A stretch of DNA of 32,898 nucleotides from an uncultured Methanosarcinales archaeon. Its GTDB lineage: Archaea; Nanobdellota; Nanobdellia; Woesearchaeales; CAXGTL01. The DNA is taken from positions 1 through 32,898 of the forward strand of contig CAZHVK010000015.1 in NCBI GenBank assembly GCA_964535955.1, given 5' to 3'. Shown here one piece after another: positions 1 through 8,842 of this stretch (its first letter is position 1; every line of letters starts with the position of its first letter). The position numbers and the translations under genes are program-made. The notes under the pieces were generated by a model. It worked only from the letters and a program-made list of their open reading frames with translations, ran no database searches and was not told where the DNA came from.

Positions 1-1034
1 TGACCAGTATGCATTGCTTCAAACAAAACTTCTGCTTCTTTTTGCCTTCTTATTTCTCCAACAATTATCCTATCAGGTCTCATTCTTAATGAATTCACAA
101 CAAGATCAAGCATAGTAACTTCACCTTTACCTTCAGGATTAGGCATCCGAGTTTCCATAGGAACCCAATGAAGTGTATCAGGCAGCTGCAGTTCTCTAGT
201 ATCTTCAATTGAAATAATTCTTTGGTTTGGTGGAAGAAAATTAGCAAGAACATTCATCATAGATGTTTTACCAGAACCAGTACCACCAGCAACCAATATT
301 GACAACTCATGCTGCATTGCCAGCCATAACAAAGCAGCACCTTCATAAGATATAGTTTTTGCTTTTATAAAATCAGTTATTGTCCACGGCCTTGTAGCGA
401 ACTTTCTAATAGTGATTGTATTTCCAAAAGAAGAAATAGGATTTAATGTAGCATTAACTCTGTCCCCTGTCTTAAGATGAGCATCCATTAAAGGTTCAAG
501 AACAGTTATTTGTTTTCCAACATCCTTACCAATCATTGTTGAATAATGTCTGATCTGATTTTCTGATTTAAGAAAAATATTAGACTTAAGCCATCCTTGT
601 TTTTTGTGATAAACCCAAAGAGGATCTTTGGCATTATTAATAACAAGCTCCTCCAAATTAGGATCTCTTAAAAGGATCTCTATATTACCTAAACCAATAT
701 TTTGTTGCACAACATAAGTCACTAATAATCTTAAAGATTTGTCATCTATGTTAGGAAAATATTTTTTAATCAAAATTTTAATTTCATGCTTAAACTTTTG
801 TTCTACACCTTTTACACCTTCTGGCCCTCCTAACTCTGTTTTACCTAAACTTAAAGAAGAAATAAAGTCTTCTCTAACCCTTTTCAAAACAAGATTAGTT
901 GCCTTTGATATATTTAAAATAGAAATATTATAAGTTGGTACAAACTCATCACTATACTGAACAATTTTAACATTTACAACCATTTCATCTAATTTTATGT
1001 CGTATGTATCGAGTAATTTAGCGTTTCTTTCCAT
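1..1034 (-). CDS. Type II/IV secretion (VirB11/CpaF/FlaI-like) ATPase, runs off the left edge
   Basis: Absent from the ORF track. Manual translation from ATG 1034 (MERNAKLLDTY...) gives Walker A AGGTGSGKTS, SIEDTREL and LRMRPDRIIVGEIRR...EAMHTGH. Confidence 0.93.
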   Translation of the reverse strand, partial: MERNAKLLDTYDIKLDEMVVNVKIVQYSDEFVPTYNISILNISKATNLVLKRVREDFISSLSLGKTELGGPEGVKGVEQKFKHEIKILIKKYFPNIDDKSLRLLVTYVVQQNIGLGNIEILLRDPNLEELVINNAKDPLWVYHKKQGWLKSNIFLKSENQIRHYSTMIGKDVGKQITVLEPLMDAHLKTGDRVNATLNPISSFGNTITIRKFATRPWTITDFIKAKTISYEGAALLWLAMQHELSILVAGGTGSGKTSMMNVLANFLPPNQRIISIEDTRELQLPDTLHWVPMETRMPNPEGKGEVTMLDLVVNSLRMRPDRIIVGEIRRQKEAEVLFEAMHTG

Positions 1035-1044
1035 TTTTCATCAC

Positions 1045-3381
1045 TTATGTTTTTGCTTTATTAGATTCAAAATTAATTTTATCTAAAAACAATTTTGCTT
1101 CAGTATTATCAGGGTCCAATTCAAGAATAGTATAAATTTCTTGTAATGCTGAATCAAAGTTTTGATTATGCATATATTTCTTTAATCGGGATTTTTTAGC
1201 AGAAATCATTTTATTGACAATAGAATCCTTGAATTTATCTTCACGAAGATTTTTGATCTCAATTAACTTATCACTAGCTTTCCTATCCCTAGGGTTAAGT
1301 CTTAAATAAGCTTCTAAGGCTCTCACTGCAGTTGTATAATCTCTTTCCCTGATATTCTTCAATGCTGCTTTGTGAAGTTGTTTTGATTTTTTCAGCTTAA
1401 ACATTGCATCTATCTTTGCTCTTTCTTCTTCTTCTGTGTCCAGAGATGTTATACGATGTTTAGCTTCTGGAATAGGCATAATTATCCTTGGACTCTGTCT
1501 AAAATCATGCATTGCTGGTTTTTTCTTTTCTGATTCTTGTTTCTTAACCTTTAAATCTTCTAAATGTAGTTTTTCTGCATACTTATCATAATATTGTTTA
1601 ATAAACTTAAGAATTTTCACAAAGCCATAACAATTTTTTTGAGCAGATACGAAATTATGATTAATAAACTTAAGAACAAACCTCAATCCCCTCATATCTG
1701 ATGCATTATAATATTTATTAAGACTAAGCGCAGCTTGATAAAGCCTGTATATTTCAAAAACTTTCCTAATCTCTTGTTTTAACAAGAACTTTTTATTAAC
1801 AAGATACAATGGCAGCTCATTATAAAGTGAATAGATATTATTATAGATCTGACCAATCAATGAAAACTGGTTACTATCTACAATCTGATGAGCACTTACA
1901 AGTAAATCAAGCAGTTTAAGATATCTTGTCTTAACATAAGGACTAAGTTCTCCTAACTCCACAAAATCTTTTCCAGACAAAACATCGTAATACAATTTAT
2001 AAACTTTTTTCCTTACTTCAAGTTTAACAGGGTCAAAACCTGTAGGGAATGTATTATACTTATCAATGATCTGTCTATAAAGATCATAAGCTACATTAAA
2101 ATCTTTATTATTATGAGCAGCCTGTGCTTCATCTATAAGATGGTTGATATTCAATGATCCTTGTTTAATTATTTGAATAGACACATACTTCTTAAGTTCT
2201 ATCAATTGTTTATATGACTTTAACAGCATGTTTTGGGCATGATTGTACTCTTTGGAAAAAGCTTTTGGCATTTTTTCAAATATAGCTCTTGCTTCATTAA
2301 AAGATTTCACACCATTTTCAATATCTCTATTCTTCATATAATCATGCGCATATTTCAGCAGCTGTTTAATCGTATTAATTTTTTCTAAGATATCTTGTCT
2401 TAATCTTGACTTTTTATCAACCATTAACTGCCGATATATATTAATCATTTTTTCTTGAATATCTAACTTTTGATCTAAGAATCCAGGCGGTAACGAACTA
2501 TAAATTTGTTTTAGATCTCCATAAGTTGCAATCGCATTCTCAATATTCCCTTTAGCAATAAATGATTCAATATTAAGAACCAAACCTAATATTTGTCTTG
2601 TTTTTACTTGCATATCTTTTTCATTTAATTGATTTGTAATAGATGACAATCTTTGAAAAAACTTTAATATGCCTTCTGCTAACTTAGTCTTTTCACCATA
2701 AAAACCATCTGGCATAGAATCATAAGTTGTTTTGATTTGATTATATAACTCAACAGCATCATCAACATTTTTTTTCTTAACAAATACATATCCTTGTTTA
2801 AGTAAATTATTAATCAGAACAGTTCCTTCTTTAATTTGTTTAAATCCTTGCTTTTGCAGTGCAATTGATAACTCATTGTTTAAGTGTATAAGTTCTGTCT
2901 CTATTTCATTCTTTCTTTGAAGAAAGACAATAGGTAATGAATCATATGATTTTTTTACTTGAGAATAAATATTTTTTGCAGCAGAAAAATTACCTTCATT
3001 AATCAAAGACCTTATATGAGTGAGAGACAGATTTATGTCTGTTTCTTCTGGAGCAATTAATTCCTTTCCAACTTTTTCATCTTTACTAGGCAAAGCCTTC
3101 ATTGGTTCTGCTTCTACTTTTAGTTTTTCATCTTTTCCATCAAAAATGACATCATGTTTTCCATCTTTTGTTTGCTTTAGTTCAATAAAGGGTGTTGTCA
3201 AACTATATTTTGTTGCCACAATTCCTTCTTCTTCAAGAACACTTACTAAATTTTCCACAGTAGAAACAACTGTTTTTAACTCCTTAGCAGCCTGTTCCAT
3301 AGAAATTCTTTTTCTTCTTTGTAATAAATCTACAAATGCATCAACATCAGTTAGTGTAACTCCCTCTTTTTTATCTACCAT
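1045..3381 (-). CDS. Large helical-repeat (TPR-like) protein with a putative N-terminal HTH, probably co-transcribed with the ATPase
   Basis: 778-aa ORF with recurring units of about 75 aa (Y..ik..Y..lP.gF...K) and C-terminal TPR-like LRLNPRD and LELDPDN. Ends 10 nt before the ATPase start. Confidence 0.75.
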   Translation of the reverse strand: MVDKKEGVTLTDVDAFVDLLQRRKRISMEQAAKELKTVVSTVENLVSVLEEEGIVATKYSLTTPFIELKQTKDGKHDVIFDGKDEKLKVEAEPMKALPSKDEKVGKELIAPEETDINLSLTHIRSLINEGNFSAAKNIYSQVKKSYDSLPIVFLQRKNEIETELIHLNNELSIALQKQGFKQIKEGTVLINNLLKQGYVFVKKKNVDDAVELYNQIKTTYDSMPDGFYGEKTKLAEGILKFFQRLSSITNQLNEKDMQVKTRQILGLVLNIESFIAKGNIENAIATYGDLKQIYSSLPPGFLDQKLDIQEKMINIYRQLMVDKKSRLRQDILEKINTIKQLLKYAHDYMKNRDIENGVKSFNEARAIFEKMPKAFSKEYNHAQNMLLKSYKQLIELKKYVSIQIIKQGSLNINHLIDEAQAAHNNKDFNVAYDLYRQIIDKYNTFPTGFDPVKLEVRKKVYKLYYDVLSGKDFVELGELSPYVKTRYLKLLDLLVSAHQIVDSNQFSLIGQIYNNIYSLYNELPLYLVNKKFLLKQEIRKVFEIYRLYQAALSLNKYYNASDMRGLRFVLKFINHNFVSAQKNCYGFVKILKFIKQYYDKYAEKLHLEDLKVKKQESEKKKPAMHDFRQSPRIIMPIPEAKHRITSLDTEEEERAKIDAMFKLKKSKQLHKAALKNIRERDYTTAVRALEAYLRLNPRDRKASDKLIEIKNLREDKFKDSIVNKMISAKKSRLKKYMHNQNFDSALQEIYTILELDPDNTEAKLFLDKINFESNKAKT

Positions 3382-3520
3382 ATATATACCACCCTAGCTT
3401 TTATATTATTTTATATATATAAAGCATTTATAAATGTTACTATTTTTATATATGAAATACTATATAAAACAAAAGATAAACCAAAACACTAATATACATA
3501 TACATCATCACACATACAAC

Positions 3521-4363
3521 ATGCAAAAATCAATACAAAAATTACAAGAAATCACAGCACATGATAACATAATTCTAACAAATAGAGGCAATACTGCGAT
3601 TAGATTAGCTTTAAAATATGTAAAAGAATTGAATAAAGATAATGATAAGAGGATGATATTTATTCAAGATCAAGGTGGTTGGATGTCTTATCACAAGTAT
3701 ACTGAAAAATTAAAATTACAAAAATTCGATCTTCAGACAACTTTTGGTGTGCTAAAACCATATCAATTAGAAAAATCATTAAAAAAATACAATAATTTTG
3801 CAGCAATCATTTATCAAAATCCAGCTGGTTATTATGCTGATCAGCCGTATAAAGAAATATATGAAATCTGTAAAAAATATAATATTGTGTGCATACTTGA
3901 TGTTACTGGTTGTATAGGATTGGACAAATTTGGAAATTATGCTGACATTCTAGTCTGCAGTTTTGGTGAATCAAAGCCAATTGATCTAGGTTATGGTGGT
4001 TTTATAAGTTTCAAAGAAGCAAAAGCAGCTGAACAATGTAATTATAAATTAGAAGAACAAGATAAAGAACTTAATGCAAAAATAATAAAAAATCTTCCAG
4101 ATAAAATAGACAAATTAGGTACTCGGTATGGTAAACTTTTCACAGAAGTTCATAAAGTAAAAACAGATTTAGCAAAATTCAAGATACTGCACAAAGACAA
4201 GAAAGGAATTAATGTTGTTGTCATGTTTAGAAATGATAAAGAAAAACAAAAGATCATTGATTACTGTAAAAAGAACAAATATGAGTTTACAGAATGTCCT
4301 CGATATATTCGGGTAAATACCAAGGCTATTTCTATTGAAGTAAAAAGAATAAAGACTGATTAA
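3521..4363 (+). CDS. DegT/DnrJ/EryC1/StrS-like PLP-dependent aminotransferase-fold protein
   Basis: Motifs TNRGNTAI, ILDVTGCIG and SFGESKPIDLGYGGFI (PLP Lys). Start 3521 is preferred because the 3434 extension is low-complexity; the start remains uncertain. Confidence 0.7.
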   Translation: MQKSIQKLQEITAHDNIILTNRGNTAIRLALKYVKELNKDNDKRMIFIQDQGGWMSYHKYTEKLKLQKFDLQTTFGVLKPYQLEKSLKKYNNFAAIIYQNPAGYYADQPYKEIYEICKKYNIVCILDVTGCIGLDKFGNYADILVCSFGESKPIDLGYGGFISFKEAKAAEQCNYKLEEQDKELNAKIIKNLPDKIDKLGTRYGKLFTEVHKVKTDLAKFKILHKDKKGINVVVMFRNDKEKQKIIDYCKKNKYEFTECPRYIRVNTKAISIEVKRIKTD

Positions 4364-4418
4364 GAAAAGAATATAATGTCAATTTATCAATTGGAAAGTT
4401 CGAACGAACAATGCACAG

Positions 4419-4615
4419 ACCTTAAGTCGGCTTCATCCAATAAATCCATCTGTGCTGTCAGAAATACAGAGTATTTCTGATCATGCTCATAAATGCTCCA
4501 CATTTATGACACGTGTATGCCTATGTTTGTTTGGCAAACATGGCATGGCCAGATGAAGTTTTATGAATGTAATGAGTAAAACGTAATAGGATTTTTGGAT
4601 GGAGCACCTTAAGTC
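4419..4615. mobile_element. MITE-like or highly structured intergenic element flanked by 10-bp direct repeats
   Basis: ACCTTAAGTC at 4419-4428 and 4606-4615. Imperfect terminal inverted repeats GCTTCATCCAATAAATCC (4430-4447) and GGATTTTTGGATGGAGC (4589-4605). Internal hairpins at 4458-4480, 4487-4509 and 4517-4546. Confidence 0.5.
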
Positions 4616-4657
4616 AAAAGATTTATATATACCTAAACCAATAATAACATTATCAAC

Positions 4658-6073
4658 ATGTTTAAAAAACAAAAAAGAGGACAATTAACAGTTTTTATAG
4701 TTATAGGATTAATTCTTTTACTGTCAATGATATTATATATATACATGCAAAGACAAGCATTTGGAATACCTGAAGAATTAAACATTGAAAACATCAAAGG
4801 AAAAATTGAGCTTTGTCTTATTCAAAAGACAGAAACAGCATTGAAAGAATCTGGAAGAAAAAATGGATATGTTTATGATGTGGATTTTGCAAAGAGCATT
4901 TTTACAAACAATTATGAATTAAATCAAGAACTAATAAAAACACAGATAAACAGATATTTAAAAGAAACATTACCTGAATGTATAAATAATTTTGAAGAAT
5001 TAAAAAAACATTACCATCTTGAACCAATAGGAAACTTTAGTTCAGAAATAATTTTTAAACAAGACAATATAATTGTTAATTTAGATTATCCTCTCAAAGT
5101 TTCAGACAATCTTAAAACAAAATCAACACTTGTGAATGAATATCAAGCAACAATTCCTATTAGATTTAAACATATTCTTAACATAAAACAACAAATACAA
5201 ACAGCAGAAGACAAAGATAGATTCATAAGTAATTATTTAATAGAAAACATTGAAGTTCCTATCAAACAAAAGCATGAATCAAATGAAGAATATAATAAAA
5301 AACTGCTTAGTTTTTTTTCAAAAGGAAGTAAAAAATATCTAAAGAATATAAAGATAGAAAACACAGATTACAAAGAAGGTACAGAAGATAAGTTATGGGT
5401 TATCACTAATGAAATTTATCCAAGAACAGAGATACAATTTTCATACAACAGATTACCATTAGAAATAAACAATCCTGAATTTAATTTCAAAACTAAATAT
5501 AACAAAAACTTGTTAAAATATTCAGAATATTTAAAAAAAGGTGCATTTGATTTTGATCTAAACATAATTATTCCTGTCAGTGTTAAGATAAATGACAAAC
5601 TATCATTCAAAGAAAAAGGTTATGAATTTAATTTTGTAGTTCCTGTTAATCTAGATCTTGGTTCTGGAGAAGATATTTCAGAACATAAAACAAAAAACTT
5701 TGAGATTGATATAAAGACATTAACTTCAGATTCTAATTTGGAAAATTTTAATTCTCCTATCGCTTTAGAAGACAATGAACAAGTGGTTGTTCAAATCTAT
5801 AATAAAGATCATTATGCAGCAGCACTATATCCTGAACAAAAAACAATAAGTTTACCAAAACAAAAACAAGAACTAAATATTGAAGCATTATTATTCAAAG
5901 ATTACAGGTTAATAGGTGGCTATAAAACAAGATACACTTTAACAACAGATGATTTATCAAAAAATAAATTAAAACTAAGTGTTGTAAAACTTCAAGGATA
6001 CAGTGACAGCATAATATTAAACATTCTTAATAACCAAGATTATTCTAATAAAGTTGTGGTTGGGTTTGAGTGA
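4658..6073 (+). CDS. Secreted or membrane protein with an archaeal class III (prepilin-type) signal peptide
   Basis: N-terminus MFKKQKRG|QLTVFIVIGLILLLS; TATA box TTTATATA at 4622. Confidence 0.8.
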   Translation: MFKKQKRGQLTVFIVIGLILLLSMILYIYMQRQAFGIPEELNIENIKGKIELCLIQKTETALKESGRKNGYVYDVDFAKSIFTNNYELNQELIKTQINRYLKETLPECINNFEELKKHYHLEPIGNFSSEIIFKQDNIIVNLDYPLKVSDNLKTKSTLVNEYQATIPIRFKHILNIKQQIQTAEDKDRFISNYLIENIEVPIKQKHESNEEYNKKLLSFFSKGSKKYLKNIKIENTDYKEGTEDKLWVITNEIYPRTEIQFSYNRLPLEINNPEFNFKTKYNKNLLKYSEYLKKGAFDFDLNIIIPVSVKINDKLSFKEKGYEFNFVVPVNLDLGSGEDISEHKTKNFEIDIKTLTSDSNLENFNSPIALEDNEQVVVQIYNKDHYAAALYPEQKTISLPKQKQELNIEALLFKDYRLIGGYKTRYTLTTDDLSKNKLKLSVVKLQGYSDSIILNILNNQDYSNKVVVGFE

Positions 6074-6143
6074 AATAATTCTAACTATAAAAATAAAAAA
6101 AGAACAACAGAATCTACTCTCAGACACTAGTTTCATAATAAAA

Positions 6144-6244
6144 CCCAAGACATTAGCCGCTTATTAAGCCAGGAGTGGGTAGTGGGGATAGGGATGGTGG
6201 GTTATTGTCTGGGCTGGATGGTTGGGGGTTTTTAGGACTGAGGG
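6144..6244 (+). other. G-tract-rich intergenic segment (G-quadruplex motif) overlapping an imperfect stem
   Basis: Runs of three or more G at 6177, 6184, 6191, 6199, 6211, 6224 and 6242. CCCAAGACATTAGCC (6144-6158) can pair with GGTTATTGTCTGGG (6200-6213). Confidence 0.5.
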
Positions 6245-6290
6245 AATATAGCAAAAACATTTATAAACTCCTTTTCTCTTCTATATACTA

Positions 6291-6569
6291 ATGGCAAAGA
6301 AATGCATCATATGTAAAGAAGAAGCAAGATATATTATTAAAGATACTTCTGATTATTATTGCGAAGAATGTGCAAAAGACAGTTTTAATGATATTTCTGC
6401 TCTGTTAAAAGTCGAAGAACAAGCACAGATGTTAAAAAAAGCAATTAAGGAAAAGATGAAAGAAGAACAAAACAATGAAGAAACAACAGAAAAGACAAGT
6501 GATCAAGCAGAAGAAAAAGAAACAAGTGAAGAAGTTAGTGAAGAGAAAAAGATTACAAAAAAAGAATAA
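6291..6569 (+). CDS. Small zinc-finger protein with an acidic/charged tail
   Basis: CIIC...YCEEC motif; TATA TTTATAA 31 nt upstream (6260). Confidence 0.8.
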   Translation: MAKKCIICKEEARYIIKDTSDYYCEECAKDSFNDISALLKVEEQAQMLKKAIKEKMKEEQNNEETTEKTSDQAEEKETSEEVSEEKKITKKE

Positions 6570-7581
6570 TCATTTCCATGAAACCTCTACCTCATCAGTT
6601 CTCCAATAAGGCAAAACCTTTGTATGTTTCACATCTTTAATCTTTCTCATTGCATTATATTCAAGAATACCTTGCCATGCAATCATTGCAGCAGCATCAA
6701 TCAAGAACTGTGGCTCTGGTATAAAACATTTAGCATCTCTTTCATAACACATTAACTTAGCCATCTCTTGCAGATGAAGATTACATGCTACACCACCGCC
6801 TAACAATAATTCATCTTTACCACAATGCGCCATTGCTCGTTCAGCAACTTCAAGCAGCATTGCAAAACATGTTTCTTGCAATGAAAAACATAGATCTTCT
6901 TTAGTATATTTACCAGAATCAAACTTTTGCTTTAGATTAGTTAGGATGCCACCAAATGAAACATCCATTCCTTTCACCACATATGGAATCTCGATAAGAT
7001 TTTTACCTTTAATAGCTAATTCATAAACTTTTGGTCCACCTGGAAAACCTAAGCCAATATACCTAGCAAAAGTATCCAAAAAATTACCAGCACCAATGTC
7101 AAGTGTTTCACCAAATATCCTATACTTGCCTCCTTCTAATGCAATCACTTGAGTATTTGCACCTGATGCATAAAGCAGCACAGGATCTTTTGCACCTGTC
7201 ATTGCTTTGCCAATTGTCAAATGTGCAATGCAATGATTAACACCAACTAATGGAACTTTTAATTTCAAAGAAATATACCGAGCAATAAATGCACCTATCT
7301 TCAGCATGTGCCCGATTCCTGGTCCTCTTGAAAAAGAAACAAGATTTATATCTATCCACTTTAATCCACTCTTATCAAGAGCTTCTTTCAAAACCTTATC
7401 ACAACATTCTACATGATGATCAACAACTTCAACAGGTTTCATTCCACCTTTTTTTGTGATAAAACTATCTCTAACATTAGAATACACTTTTTTTTGATCA
7501 TCCATTATTGCTACACCGAATGTATCTCTGCCTTTAGAGTGCAGTACTTTCGATGCCTAAACAGATTAGTTTTTTTGGCAT
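6570..7581 (-). CDS. kae1: KEOPS tRNA N6-threonylcarbamoyltransferase Kae1; two exons, 7581-7539 and 7525-6570 (332 aa if spliced)
   Basis: Motifs RGPGIG, VNHCIAHL, ASGANTQ, GETLDIGAGNFLD and GGVACN. The N-terminus MPKKLICLGIESTA-H-TFGVAI is restored only by removing 13 nt. The TATA box at 7612 is 31 nt before ATG 7581. Confidence 0.95.
7526..7538 (-). other. Putative 13-nt BHB/BHL-type mRNA intron in kae1 (UCUAAAGGCAGAG)
   Basis: Exon-exon helix with 11 of 12 pairs, a 3-nt AGA bulge, a 4-bp CUGC/GCAG helix and a 9-nt loop. Cuts at AC|U and AG|A rebuild the His codon CAU. The unspliced frame reaches TAA at codon 16. Confidence 0.85.
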
Positions 7582-7605
7582 AATATTAGGATAATGGGTT
7601 ATAGG

Positions 7606-7612
7606 TTATAAA
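7606..7612 (-). promoter_or_regulatory. Archaeal TATA box of the leaderless kae1 transcript
   Basis: TTTATAA with an A-rich BRE-like region upstream. The 29-31 nt TATA-to-ATG spacing is the same at 6260/6291, 8813/8843, 14251/14280, 16805/16836 and 24094/24125. Confidence 0.7.
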
Positions 7613-7682
7613 TTTTATTGTTTACTAGACTACCAAAATCTTTATAACACTAATTAAACACCCACATGTCAAGGGGATAAAC

Positions 7683-8789
7683 ATAATAAAAAAAACATTA
7701 TTAACAATTCTTGCATTATTAATCACTACAACAAGTAATGCTTATCCTATTGGTGAACCAAAAGAAGTCTACATACCAAAATCAGCAACAACAACAAAAG
7801 AACTTAAACAAACATATGAATCAATTGAAGACGCAATTGAATTCCATCTGAATGTAGCTGAAAATTTTATTAATAAAGGAATGTTAGAAAATGCAAAAAT
7901 TCACATAAATAAAGCAAATATTTTAGCAGGATGCACTGATATTGATATTTCATATGAAACAAAAGATCTTTTAACAACAGGAATAATGACTTTTCTTGAA
8001 GATTATAAAAAAATATTTCCTAAGCATTATAAATGTTCACAAGATCTGGATATAATGGAAAGCTTAATTTCTTTATCTAGAGAAAATGAACTTTACATAG
8101 AAAAAGAAATAATTGATCAATTTGGATATATGGAATATCAATTTTTATTAAAAAAAAAAGAACATAATCAAGAGATGAACAAAATATTGGAATATGGAAC
8201 AGCATTACACCTAAAAATAAAAACAGAACAATACAAAATAAGATTAAAAGGTAAAAGAAGAGCAAGACAAAGAGTTCAATCAGAATTAGATGAAATAAAA
8301 AGAAAACACAAATTAGAAATAGAAATTGCAGAAGAAAAAGCAAGACAAAGAAAATGGGAAAAAGAAGAAATAGCAATGAACAAAGCAAGAGAAGAAGAAA
8401 AAGAAAGACAAAGAAAATTAGAATGGGAAAGAAAAATAAGAGAAAAAGAAGAAAAAGGAGAAGTGGAAACAAAAGAACCAACAATAGATTATTCTAAGAT
8501 CAAAAACATAATATACCATGTAGTAATATATGAATCATCTGAAGAAGAATATCAAAAACTAATAAAGTATGAAGGATATGAAAATGCCCCAAGAGCGATT
8601 ACAGAACCTGCAAGTTATAAACATTTCACAAAATATGAAACAAGATTGACAAAAGAACAAGCATTAGAAATTTTGGTTGGTGAAAAACTAATTCTTGATC
8701 CTGAAGAAGAATTTGTAAATGAGTTGATGGATAAAGCATTATTTGAAGAACAGGAATATTCTATTGTTAAGATTGAAATAATTAGATAA
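7683..8789 (+). CDS. Secreted coiled-coil hypothetical protein; true start lies upstream of the track's 7881
   Basis: The frame is open upstream of 7881 and encodes a signal peptide (IIKKTLLTILALLITTTSNA|YP) with no in-frame ATG, GTG or TTG. The middle of the protein is an E/K/R-rich coiled coil. Confidence 0.7.
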   Translation: MIKKTLLTILALLITTTSNAYPIGEPKEVYIPKSATTTKELKQTYESIEDAIEFHLNVAENFINKGMLENAKIHINKANILAGCTDIDISYETKDLLTTGIMTFLEDYKKIFPKHYKCSQDLDIMESLISLSRENELYIEKEIIDQFGYMEYQFLLKKKEHNQEMNKILEYGTALHLKIKTEQYKIRLKGKRRARQRVQSELDEIKRKHKLEIEIAEEKARQRKWEKEEIAMNKAREEEKERQRKLEWERKIREKEEKGEVETKEPTIDYSKIKNIIYHVVIYESSEEEYQKLIKYEGYENAPRAITEPASYKHFTKYETRLTKEQALEILVGEKLILDPEEEFVNELMDKALFEEQEYSIVKIEIIR

Positions 8790-8842
8790 TGATTCTTTTG
8801 TTTACAAAAACATTTATATAAAACAACAATATATTACATATT

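Noticed and set aside
4390..4420. RNase P RNA-like GGAAAGTTC
   Set aside because: No matching 3' P4 strand or GC-rich helices were found.
6570..7505. kae1 starting at Met 7505, or kae1 as a pseudogene
   Set aside because: That start loses the conserved LGIESTAHT strand. The rest of the gene is intact, and the insertion matches endonuclease splice geometry exactly.
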